A stretch of DNA of 42,744 bases from Macrostomum lignano. Taxonomy: Eukaryota. The stretch lies in NCBI GenBank assembly GCA_002269645.1, contig NIVC01001662.1, forward strand, positions 1-42,744, given 5' to 3'. The translations under genes were made by a program, and so were the position numbers. Every line of letters starts with the position of its first letter. Position 1 is the first letter of the stretch. Positions 13,115 through 23,664 of the stretch are shown in pieces. The notes below the pieces were generated by a model. It did no database searches, was not told the origin of the DNA, and was given only the letters and a program-made list of their open reading frames with translations.

Positions 13115-13639
13115 TGCCAATCATCCCGGACTTCCTGTGGTACATCCGGCACCGGGACTACAACTACACCGCCGAGTGCATCCAGCTGGCCAAGAACGAG
13201 ACGATCGCGGCCCGCCACTCGCACCTGTTCAACAACTCCACGGACCAGTTCGCCCAGTGGGTGGCCGAGGCGGCCAGGAAGGGCCACCAGTCTGTCGCTG
13301 GCGAGTTCGGCAGCGGCGGTGGCGGCCGCGGGCCCGGGGAAGGCGGCGGCTTTCACCGGTTTTACGGCCGCATGCCGGTGCTGCACGCGGACAGGTACTT
13401 CGTTGAGCACGTGAAGTACATTCGGCTCAACGACTCCAAGATCCACGACTGCTTCGTTGAGGCGGACAACTGGCGGCACGAGCAGCTGGTGGAGATGAAC
13501 ATCCACGTTGGGTTGATGTTCGCGGCCAAGTCTGTCATGCAGCTCATGGTGAATCCGTTTGTGGGGCCGCTCACTAACCGCATCGGCTACTCAATTCCCA
13601 TGTTCTCCGGATTCGTCATCATGTTCATCTCCACTATCA
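13115..13639 (+). CDS. VMAT: VMAT exon 2 (end of TM1, large luminal loop, TM2, TM3)
   Basis: cccgcag acceptor; VPIIPDFL...[43 protein letters not shown]; sequons NYT, NET, NNS/NST, NDS; donor a|gtgagc. Confidence 0.97.
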
Positions 13640-13720
13640 GTGAGCATGGCGGGGTCCTTGGGGTTGCAAATCGCTCAGAGTGCACAGCAGCACCGCAGCC
13701 ACCCTCGCCTCTGCTTTCAG

Positions 13721-13804
13721 TTTTCGCATTCGGCGAGTCCTATGGTGTCCTGTTCGTTGCCCGGGCCATTCAGGGCATCGGGTCCGCCTGTTCCAGCGTT
13801 TCAG
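13721..13804 (+). CDS. VMAT: VMAT exon 3 (TM4)
   Basis: ctgctttcag acceptor; [28 protein letters not shown]; donor g|gtgagg. Confidence 0.97.
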
Positions 13805-13984
13805 GTGAGGGCGTCATTTGTCTAGGAAACCCAACTATTATACCTGTAAGCCTCACTGTCGATGGTATTTGAGAAGCTTTGCCAAAATACGAGGATTTAA
13901 ATGTCCCCTAAGCCAATTGAAAGGCATCAGAATCTGCAGTTTATTATCTTACAAAAAGACTCATTGTCAAGCTAATAACAACCC

Positions 13985-14530
13985 ACCCACCTCATCCCAG
14001 CCACCCACCTCCCTCCAGCCACCCACTTCACTCCAGTCCCCTATCTCACTCCAACTACCTCTCACTCCAGCCACCCACCTCACTCCAACCACCCACCTCA
14101 CCCCAGCCCCCCCACCTCACTCCAGCCACCTACCTCACCCCAGCCCCCCACCTCACTCCAGTCCTCCATCTCACTCCAACCACCCCCTCACTCCAGCTAC
14201 CCACCTCACTCCAGTCCTCCATCTCACTCCAACCACCCCCTCACTCCAGCTACCCACCTCACTCCAGTCACTTACCTCACTACCGTCACCCATCTCACTC
14301 CAGTCATCCACCTCACTACCGTCACCCACCTCACCCAGTCCCCCATCTCACTCCACCCCACCTCACTTCAGCCCCGACACCTCACTCCAGCCCCCCACAT
14401 CACTCCAGTCCTCCATCTCACTCTCGTCACCCACCTCAATACCGTCACGCACCTCAATACCGTCACCCACCTCACTCCACCCCCACCTCATTCCAGCCCC
14501 CACCTCACTCCAGTCACCCACCCACCCCAC
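13985..14530. repeat. C-rich degenerate about 18-bp repeat (CCACCCACCTCACTCCAG), VMAT intron 3
   Basis: Recurrent CACCTCACTCC core. Confidence 0.9.
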
Positions 14531-14578
14531 TCCGCTCCGTCAGTATTAATGCTATTAATGATCTGTTGAACCCGCAAG

Positions 14579-14671
14579 GCATGGGCATGGTGGCAGCCAT
14601 CTACACGGAGGACGGGGAGCGAGGCCGCGCCCTCGGCATCGCGCTGAGCGGCTTGGCATTCGGAGTCATGG
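14579..14671 (+). CDS. VMAT: VMAT alternative exon 4A (93 nt, phase 1-1)
   Basis: cccgcaag acceptor, g|gtgcat donor; GMGMVAAIYTEDGERGRALGIALSGLAFGVM aligns without gaps to human VMAT2 G203-L233; not in the ORF track. Confidence 0.88.
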
Positions 14672-14942
14672 GTGCATTGAATGCTGGGACAGAATCCCGC
14701 CTTCCTCCAAAATCTTCTGTTTAAAGCACAAGAGTCTTACATTTTTATTTCGTTTCAGTTTCAAAGCACTTAAAGCATTTTATCTGCTGGATTGAACTTG
14801 ATTTTCAGCATTATTCTTCAATTTGCCCTTGAACCTCGATTTTAGTAGGCAACTGTCTTTTTCGTTTTTATTTATTTGCTCTGACCGTCGTTAAAAAAAC
14901 TCAAGAGGCTTTTTCCTGACACGACCATCAAACCCTCACCAG

Positions 14943-15035
14943 GACTGGGCATGCTGGCCACTCAGTACCCGGACGACAAGGAGAGGGGCCAGGCCATGAG
15001 CCTGGCTCTGGGCGGGCTCGCCATGGGAGTGCTGG
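14943..15035 (+). CDS. VMAT: VMAT alternative exon 4B (93 nt, phase 1-1)
   Basis: ccctcaccag acceptor, g|gtgaga donor; [31 protein letters not shown] aligns without gaps to the same segment. Confidence 0.93.
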
Positions 15036-15042
15036 GTGAGAT

Positions 15043-15402
<360 letters not shown>

Positions 15403-15762
15403 GCAGCGCATTTATCTGACTACTCGTGCTGACTCTAGCATATAGAGCTGCCAATTTCGCACTAACTGCAAGCGCACCCCTTGAGCGGCAGAGATTCGCT
15501 CCAAGCCCTGTCTATGCGTTTGATAATTTCCAGTAGCAAGAGCATCAATAATGTAAAGCAAATTTCGACCAATTTTCGAGGCTTAAATTCGGCTTCAATA
15601 ACATTTTCTTACTAAAAACAAGCGCTAGTCATATTTAGTTTTTCTATAGACGCCATTAGATTCGCTGTTGTGTCTCTGAGCTCTCAGAATTTGCATTGGA
15701 CTGCCGCTGCCAGCCAGCATCCCCAACCACTCAAACCTCCGCCCTCCGCCCCGCTCCGCCAG

Positions 15763-15852
15763 TCGGGCCTCCATTCGGCGGCCTGATGTACCAGTTCGTC
15801 AGCAAGGAGGCCGCCTTCCTGCTGCTGGCCGGCCTCGCTCTGCTGGACGGCG
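15763..15852 (+). CDS. VMAT: VMAT exon 5 (TM5 end, TM6)
   Basis: ccgccag acceptor; [30 protein letters not shown]; donor g|gtgagt. Confidence 0.96.
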
Positions 15853-15962
15853 GTGAGTCATGCGCAGATTGCACTACTGACTAGCCGGACTGTTAGTAGG
15901 GCGATGCAGATTTTATAGGAAGCAACTTAACCATTTCAACACCCTTTTTTGAACTTTCGTAG

Positions 15963-16239
15963 TGCTGCAACTGCTGGTGCTGAAGCCCGGAGTCCGGCGC
16001 GAGGCGCAAGAAGGCGCCCCGCTGAAAAACTTGCTGCGCGACCCCTACATCCTGCTGGCCGCCGGCAGCATCACCTTCGGCAACATGGGCATCGCCATGC
16101 TGGAGCCGTCATTGCCTATCTGGATGAAGGACACCATGCGGGCGCAGAAGTGGGAGCAGGGGGTCGCCTTCTTGCCGTGCTCCATCTCCTACCTGATCGG
16201 CACCAACCTGTTTGGCGCGCTCGCCTTCCGGATTGGCAG
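15963..16239 (+). CDS. VMAT: VMAT exon 6 (TM7, TM8)
   Basis: tttcgtag acceptor; [32 protein letters not shown]...[19 protein letters not shown]; donor ag|gtgagg. Confidence 0.97.
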
Positions 16240-16385
16240 GTGAGGGCGCGACTCTTTCTCGGGCCAATGCAATCGAGTTCGACTTGGAGCTTGTAGACGA
16301 AAACAGCGGAATGGGCAGGACTACTTGCGTCCTCGCGGCCCTAACTATGGAACCAACTGGGGTTGAAGCTGCATGAAATATGTCC

Positions 16386-16600
16386 GCACCTCACTCCGCA
16401 CAGCCACCTCACTCCGCACAGCCACCTCACTCCGCACAGCCACCTCACTCCGCACAGCCACCTCACTCCGCACAGCCACCTCACTCCGCACAGCCACCTC
16501 ACTCCGCACAGCCACCTCACTCCGCACAGCCACCCCACTCCGCACAGCCACCTCACTCCGCACAGCCACCTCACTCCGCACAGCCACCTCACTCCGCCCA
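16386..16600. repeat. 18-bp minisatellite (CACCTCACTCCGCACAGC), about 12 copies
   Basis: Near-perfect array; shares CACCTCACTCC core with 13985-14530. Confidence 0.97.
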
Positions 16601-16623
16601 GCCTGATCCAACCTCTATTTCAG

Positions 16624-16675
16624 ATGGCTGAGCGCCGGTCTCGGCATGGTCATCATGGGCGTCTGCTTAATAATT
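16624..16675 (+). CDS. VMAT: VMAT exon 7 (TM9)
   Basis: ctatttcag acceptor; RWLSAGLGMVIMGVCLII; donor gtgagt; phase 2 to 0 fits neighbours. Confidence 0.95.
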
Positions 16676-16792
16676 GTGAGTGCATTGAATTCCTTTTACG
16701 AGCGTAGGTAGCCAAAAATACGCTCGTAATGTTGTTTTTTGCGAATTTGGCCAGCATTTTGAGCATACTAATCCATTATTGTCACTGCCCAG

Positions 16793-16976
16793 ATCCCGTT
16801 CGCTAATTCCTTGGGCCACTTGGTGGTGCCAAACTTCGGCCTGGGCTTCGCCATCGGCATGGTGGACTCCTCAATGATGCCGCTCATGGGCTACCTGGTC
16901 GACCTGCGCCACGTCTCCGTCTATGGCAGCGTCTACGCGATCGCCGACATCGCCTTCTGCCTCGGCTTTGCGGTCG
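16793..16976 (+). CDS. VMAT: VMAT exon 8 (TM10, TM11)
   Basis: [44 protein letters not shown] nearly identical to VMATs, with both conserved Asp. Confidence 0.98.
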
Positions 16977-17224
16977 GTGCGTACGGAGCGGAGAGAACGG
17001 GAGGGCGCGAGAACTCTGGTGTTTGCGCAAGAGGGGTGAAGGAGCATCGGATTGGGGTGGATGCAAGGACTCCTGGACTACTAGTGGTCCTTGGGGCGGT
17101 GGTGGAGTGAGGTGATGGGTGGAGAAGTGTAGTTGATGGAGCAAGTAATTGAGGGAAAGACTCATCTGATGGTAGTTCTGTGCCGTACAAAAGCCTTGAA
17201 ACCGCGTCTTAAACGAATCACCAG

Positions 17225-17358
17225 GCCCGGCTCTGAGCGGCAGCATCGTCAAGATGATGGGGTTCCGCTGGATGATGTGGTCCATCGCCATCATCGCATT
17301 CATCTACGCCCCGCTGCACTACTTCCTCAGGGACCCGCCGGCACGCATGGAGGATCGC
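17225..17358 (+). CDS. VMAT: VMAT exon 9 (TM12)
   Basis: atcaccag acceptor; GPALSGSIVKMMGFRWMMWSIAIIAFIYAPLHYFLRDPPARMEDR; donor gtaaga. Confidence 0.96.
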
Positions 17359-17449
17359 GTAAGACAATTTTAAAACGCCTTTCATCAGCGGCACATCGTG
17401 ACAAAATTAGGGATTTACAGTAGGGATTTTCCCTCCGACATGGACTTTC

Positions 17450-18255
17450 GCTGGGGTGGTTCTCCCCAATGTACACAGCCGGCAGGGCTGGGGTGGTTCT
17501 CCCCAATGTACACAGGCAGCAGGGCTGGGGTGGGGTGGTTCTCCCCAATGTACACAGCCAGCAGGGCTGGGGTGGTTCTCCCCAAAGTACACAGCTAGCA
17601 GGGCTGGGGTGGTTCTCCCCAATGTACACAGCCAAGTACACAGGCACTGCAGGGCTGGGGTGGTTCTCCCCAATGTACACAGCCGGCAGGGCTGGGGTGG
17701 TTCTCCCCAATGTACGCAAGTACACAGCAGGGCTGGGGTGGTTCTCCCCAATGTACGCAGCCGGCAGGGCTGGGGTGGTTCTCCCCAATGTACACAGCCG
17801 GCAGGGCTGGGGTGGTTCTCCCCAATGTACACAGCCGGCAGGGCTGGGGTGGTTCTCCCCAATGTACACAGCCGGCAGGGTGGGGTGGTTCTCCCCAATG
17901 TACACAGCCGGCAGGGCTGGGGTGGTTCTCCCCAATGTACACAGCCGGCAGGGCTGGGGTGGTTCTCCCCAATGTACGCAGCCAGCAGGGCTGGGGTGGT
18001 TCTCCCCTATCTACACAGCCGGCAGGGCTGGGGTGGTTCTCCCCAATGTACACAGCCGGCAGGGCTGGGGTGGTTCTCCCCAATGTACACAGGCAGCAGG
18101 GCTGGGGTGGGGTGGTTCTCCCCAATGTACACAGCCGGCAGGGCTGGGGTGGTTCTCCCCAATGTACACAGGCAGCAGGGCTGGGGTGGTTGTCCCCAAT
18201 GTACACAGGCAGCAGGGCTGGAGTGGGGTGGTTCTCCCCTATGTACACAGCCAGC
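17450..18255. repeat. 37-bp minisatellite (GGGCTGGGGTGGTTCTCCCCAATGTACACAGCCGGCA), about 20 copies
   Basis: Fills most of the last VMAT intron and ends about 10 nt before the acceptor. Confidence 0.97.
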
Positions 18256-18267
18256 AAAAACCCGCAG

Positions 18268-18477
18268 GGCCTGGTGATGGGGGGCCAGAAGCCCGCCCAG
18301 TACCAGACGCACAACATCGACAACAAGGTGCCGCCGCCGGTGCCGCCGCCGCCGGTGCTGTCCGGCGGAAACGCTTTCTCCGCCGAGGCGGACCAGCAGT
18401 TCCCAGTGGAGTGGGAGAAATGCGAACCCGGCCCCGTGCCCGCCACTGGCAGCACTCAATTTCCGCAGTACAGGTGA
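18268..18477 (+). CDS. VMAT: VMAT terminal exon (cytoplasmic Pro-rich tail)
   Basis: cccgcag acceptor, phase 0; GLVMGGQKPAQYQ...VPPPVPPPPVL...FPQYR*; exon sum with one exon 4 is 1818 nt (605 aa + stop). Confidence 0.85.
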   Translation, partial: GLVMGGQKPAQYQTHNIDNKVPPPVPPPPVLSGGNAFSAEADQQFPVEWEKCEPGPVPATGSTQFPQYR

Positions 18478-19049
18478 TTTCACCTGGCTTGACCTGACCT
18501 GACCCGGCCTGACTCGGACTCGGACCTGCCCATCTCGATGAGCAATGCCGTAGCACGGAGACATAGATTATGATTTTAGCAGTGAGACAATATTTTAACC
18601 GACCGCACGCGATTATTATTGTACGATAAATTGCTTTACGTGAACACTTTAACGATACGTACAAGATACTACTCATGAGCAAGCCAGAGCGCCATCTTCA
18701 CTATTCAATTTTTAATCATTTCGACTACTGCGAGCAACCTCGCGCATAGCGTAGACAGTTATAGTGTGCATAGGAATTTTAATTAGTTAATTTTTGAAAG
18801 TAATTGAAGCTTTATTTAACAACTGCGAGTAATTAACTACCCACGAATAGCTCAGTACTTAAAAATGATAATATTGAACTCCAACATTATATGTTCAAAC
18901 ACTACTTATTATTTCCTTGCTGTCGTATCCGTGGCATTCAATTGAGGAGGACTGGATTGCATCTTTCTGTGTTCTTGATTTTGTTGTTTAGTTGTACACA
19001 ACTCATACGCTGCATCGCATTGTCTTCTTCGACTGGTTGATGAAAGAAT

Positions 19050-19670
19050 AACAACTTTTCCTGCACCAGTGTGCATGCAGAGGAGGCTCTGGGGTGATCA
19101 CTTTTCCTGCACCGATGTACACACAGTGGGTGGTTGGAGAGAAGAGTTTTCCTGCACCAATGTACAGAGGGTGTGGGGATGGAGAAACGAGTTCCCTGAA
19201 ACGAGTTCCCTGCATCAATGTACAGAGGGTGTGGGGATGGAGAAACGAGTTCCCTGCACCAATGTACAGAGGGTGTGGGGATGGAGAAACGAGTTCCCTG
19301 CACCAATGTACAGAGGGTGTGGTGGGGGTTGGAGAAACGAGTTTTCCTGCACCAATGTACACACAGTGGGTGGTTAAAGAGATGAGTTTTCCTGCACCAA
19401 TCTACAGAGGGTGGGGGTTGGAGAAACGAGTTTTCCTGCACCAATGTACAGAGTTTGGGGGTTGGAGAAACGAGTTCCCTGCACCAATGTACAGAGGGTG
19501 TGGTGGGGGTTGGAGAAACGAGTTTTCCTGCACCAATGTACAACGGTGTGGGGGGTTGGAGAAACGAGTTTTCCTGCACCAATGTACACGGAGTGTGGGG
19601 GGTTGGAGAAACGAGTTTTCCTGCACTAATGTACACACGGTGTGGGGCTTGGAGAGACGAGTTCTCCTGC
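19050..19670. repeat. About 42-45 bp minisatellite (GGAGAAACGAGTTTTCCTGCACCAATGTACAGAGGGTGTGG)
   Basis: About 13 tandem units between the two convergent genes. Confidence 0.95.
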
Positions 19671-21623
19671 ACCACACACAGTGGAGAGGGTTGGGGAGAC
19701 GAATTGACTGCACAAATGTAAATAGAGAACAAAAAAGATCGAAGACCGATCTCTCAAAGGCGGCAATTGCAATGGTGACAGAGTTAGAAAATACTTTGCC
19801 AAACGCGCACCCATTCGCTAATCGGTGTATGTTGCAAAATCGACACTGCATGCAGCTGCTGCAGCCAGGCATGCCGAGCAGCTTCAGTTGTACTGCATCG
19901 CAAATTATAGAAAGAAAAAATAAAAAGAGAGGCTCCCGATCAGAAGTTAGCGCTCGCAGGACATTATTCCGCAGAAAATAAAACGGAGTTGCTAGCGCAA
20001 TGCCCTCATATATTGGGGGTCAAGATTATTGCCTAATGAATAAAATTATGCGAGGTTTGAAACAACTCTCTCATACTACTGGCTTGGCAGCAGACGAGAG
20101 TAGTCGAGCAGAGTTGCAGAGGAAACAAAGGACAGCGGCTGGCTGTGCGCAGAGACAGAGAGAAGAGATGGAAAAATAGACACAAAATCTGAACCAACAG
20201 AGCGAAAAAACAGCGATTTGTGAAATTCAGACAATGGAAAAATAAATACAACAGCTGAGATGAACAGTAGAAAAGCAGAGCCGCAGGCAGGTGCGCGGAA
20301 ATCGGTAACTAGAGAGTAGCAGGCGGTACAGTAAAACAGGAATATTAAATATCTGCTATTGTAATGGAGTTATTATCGAATCGCTATGAATAATTATGAT
20401 AATTAGCGTGCAGGGACAGAAAATATTGGGGAGAGCAGGCGGCTGGGCCAAACAGTCCACTTATATAGGAGAAAGATAGTATAAAACAGATAGGAGACCG
20501 TATTTACAGGTTGCCGCTAATGTAATCATTTGTGATTACATTATTAATTTTGTAGTTGAATGGTTGCCCCGCAACAAAAGGGCAGAATGGCTAGAAGAGG
20601 AATGAAAAGCCGAAAATCCACATGTGTGCCGAGACTGCAGATGAAGACAATTCAATGCATGAAAAAAGAAGAATGATTTATCAAGAAAATAAGTAGTACA
20701 AATTCTAATGGAATTTAAGTCCAGAAAATATCTCTGTGAGGTCTAGGGGGTGGGGGGGGGCAGGGGACACCCAAAATATGCTGAATAAATTTTACAATCT
20801 TTTTGTATAAATATAAACAGATGGCGCAAGCTACTGCGAGTAGTGTAGAAGACTACCCGTTTTTTAGTAGGAGGAATAGAAAAGTTTATAATTTTTAATA
20901 ATGAAAATTCTGTCCGCAAAGCTGGACGATTGGCTCAATAAACGCCTGGCCAAACTGATTGAGATTCATAATTAATGGGGGCTGGGGGAGGAAAAGTACA
21001 TGTTGCTCGATGTACACTGGAGGACAAGGCCAGATTTTGAAGGGCACCGCTATGTACGCGGAAGCCTTTCCAATGGGTTTCTCAATGTACAGAGCCAATT
21101 CCAGCCAATTAAAATCAGCCAGGTGTTTAATTAAAATACTTCGTCCATAATTGCACGTGGAAAAATAATTATTATTACACGGATTGCGGCAGCAGCCATA
21201 AAATAAATGAGTCAGAATGATTGCCGAAGTATTAGGAAACGGTGATTAGCATCAATTGCTACTAACAGTAGATTAATTAGAGAGTAAAAAGGAGAGAGAA
21301 AAAACACAAAGACAGGAATATACGCAATATTGCAATGCGATCCAGATTTGCTATAAGTGCACAGAGAGGAAATTAACACGGGGCGGCCGCGAGAAGGCCG
21401 CGATGAAGGGAGCGGGGAAGTGGAGCTGCTGAAGGACGGCCAGAGACACCGCAGATTGCGTTAATTAATTCGTACCTAATCAGGGACTGGGGGAGCCGGT
21501 GGGGTCTACGGGCGCAACAGGCCAAAATGAGGTGAAAATCTGCTCAAGGCCCGAGGCCGAGGAGACAGCGGAGGGAGCACAGATTCATTGCTGGGGATCA
21601 GGAGAGGAGGGGGGACTGTTGGC

Positions 21624-21676
21624 TTAGCAGTGGTTCTCGCCCCGTTGCTGCATTACCAGCATCATCTTCTTGAACT
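21624..21676 (-). CDS. Calmodulin-like protein, last exon
   Basis: ctttcag acceptor, phase 1; EFKKMMLVMQQRGENHC*; equivalent to calmodulin EFVQMMTAK. Confidence 0.9.
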
Positions 21677-21849
21677 CTGAAAGCGGCAGGCAGGGTGGAG
21701 ACGGGTTGTGAAGAAGTTCTCCATCTGCTCTCCTATGACTTTCAGTCATTTCCCACCGCATTTTGTGAGCAATCGAGAGCGCTTGAGAAATTCGGTCAGC
21801 AGCAGGAATGGAAACTGCCATCTTTTTGGTTTGGAACTTTTTACCTATT

Positions 21850-22710
21850 GCTCTCCATCATCGAATCCGCTCTCTCCATCATCGAATCCGCTCTCTCCAT
21901 CATCGAATCCGCTCTCTACATCATCGAATCCGCTCTCTCCATCATCGAACCCGCTCTCTCCATCATCGAATCCGCTCTCTCCATCATCGAATCCGCTCTC
22001 TCCATCATCGAATCCGCTCTCTCCATCATCGAATCCACTCTCTCCTTCATCGAATCCACTCTCTCCTACATCGAATCCGCTCTCTCCATCATCGAATCCG
22101 CTCTCTCCATCATCGAATCCGCTCTCTCCATCATCGAATCCGCTCTCTCCATCATCGAATCCGCTCTCTCCATCATCGAATCCGCTCTCTCCATAATCTA
22201 ATCCGCTCTCTCCATCATCGAATCCGCTCCCTCCATCATCGAATCCGCTCTCTCCATCATCGAATCCACTCTCTCCTTCATCGAATCCACTCTCTCCTTC
22301 ATCGAATCCGCTCTCTCCATCATCGAATCCGCTCCCTCCATCATCGAATCCGCTCTCTCCATCATCGAATCCGCTCTCTCCATCATCGAATCCACTCTCT
22401 CCTTCATCGAATCCGCTCTCTCCATCATCGAATCCGCTCTCTCCATCATCGAATCCGCTCTCTCCTCCCTTACCCGCTCTGTCCTACCTTATCCACTCTC
22501 TCCTCACTTATCCGCTCTCTTATTCACTCTCTCCCCTTATCCGCTCTCTCCTCCCTTATCCGCTCTCTCCTCACTTATCCGCTCTCCTCCCTTATCCGCT
22601 CTTTCCTCTCTTATCCGCTCTCTCCTCACTTATCCGCTCTCCTCCCTTATCCGCTCTTTCCTCTCTTATCCGCTCTCTGCTCTTTTATGCGCTCTCTCCT
22701 CTCTTATCTC
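21850..22710. repeat. 21-bp (CCATCATCGAATCCGCTCTCT) array grading into a 19-bp (CCTCCCTTATCCGCTCTCT) array
   Basis: Two adjoining arrays share the ATCCGCTCT core; switch near 22465. Confidence 0.95.
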
Positions 22711-22741
22711 TCTTTTAACTCCACCCAAACTTCTTACTCAC

Positions 22742-22889
22742 CCTCAAAGTTGATCCGGCCATCGTTGTCAGCATCGGCCTCGTTAATCATGGACTGGACG
22801 TCCTCGTCCGAGACCTCTTCGCCTAGGAAGTGCATAGTCTTCTTGATCTCGGCAAAGTCTATGTAGTTGTCGCCGTTATGGTCGAAGGC
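22742..22889 (-). CDS. Calmodulin-like protein, EF3 and EF4 exon
   Basis: cccgcag acceptor; AFDHNGDNYIDFAEIKKTMHFLGEEVSDEDVQSMINEADADNDGRINFE; donor g|gtgagt. Missed by the ORF track. Confidence 0.95.
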
Positions 22890-22974
22890 CTGCGGGTCAT
22901 TGATTCCTTAATATTCGTAGTTCTTCATAAGTAACTATGAATGCATATTCAGGGTGAGTATGGGTCAGTGACAG

Positions 22975-23215
22975 GTGCGAGTGGGTGACAGGAGTAGGTC
23001 AGTGACAGGAGTAGGTCAGTAAAAGGAGTAGGTCAGTGACAAGAATAGGTCAGTGACAAGAGTAGGTCAGTGACAAGAGTAGGTCAGTGACAGGAGTAGG
23101 TCAGTGACAAGAGTGGGTCAGTAAAAGGAGTAGGTCAGTGACAAGAATAGGTCGGTGACAGGAGTAGGTCAGTGACATTGTACCAGCTGGCAGGAGTAGG
23201 TCAGTGACATTGTAC
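22975..23215. repeat. 17-bp minisatellite (AGTAGGTCAGTGACAGG)
   Basis: About 12 copies in the intron. Confidence 0.93.
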
Positions 23216-23237
23216 CAGCTGGAAGGTTGCGACTCAC

Positions 23238-23344
23238 CTTGAAGGCCTCCCACATGTCGGCATCCTCGGTGTGGCAGTGAGCATTCTTCCTGTAGTATTT
23301 CTTCATCATTTTGAGGAACTCGTTGAACTCGACTGTGCCATTGC
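23238..23344 (-). CDS. Calmodulin-like protein, EF2 end and central linker exon
   Basis: tgtcttag acceptor; GNGTVEFNEFLKMMKKYYRKNAHCHTEDADMWEAFK; donor aag|gtgagt. Confidence 0.95.
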
Positions 23345-23423
23345 CTAAGACAGGGGCGGAGGAGGAGCAGCTTAGCAACACACAGCAGCAAACTGAAGCC
23401 CGAGCTTTACCCCGCAAACTCAC

Positions 23424-23567
23424 CATCGCTGTCAACATCCGCAATCATCATCTTGACCTCGTTCTCCGTGACCTTTGTGCCGAGGAATTTCAGCACCTTG
23501 TGCAGCTCGCCAGCCGTGATTCGGCCGTCGTGGTCGATGTCGAAAAAGTTGAAGGCCTCCTTCAGGG
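23424..23567 (-). CDS. Calmodulin-like protein, EF1 and EF2 start exon (144 nt, phase 1-1)
   Basis: ttttcgcgcag acceptor; LKEAFNFFDIDHDGRITAGELHKVLKFLGTKVTENEVKMMIADVDSD; same size and phase as vertebrate calmodulin exon 3. Confidence 0.95.
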
Positions 23568-23664
23568 CTGCGCGAAAAGCAAAGTTGAAAGGCGGGAAGG
23601 CCCGGTTAGCAGCGCCCATTTCCATCAGCATCTGCCTCTTTCTGTTTTTTGATACGCATTCGTC

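Noticed and set aside
13640-13720. 81-nt in-frame, stop-free intron read through by ORF 13072-13872
   Set aside because: Good GT/AG sites and removal restores the VMAT alignment; retention would put 27 polar residues into TM3.
21624-23567. Canonical calmodulin
   Set aside because: True calmodulin is almost invariant in animals; this protein differs throughout and has a longer linker and extended ends, so no symbol is given.
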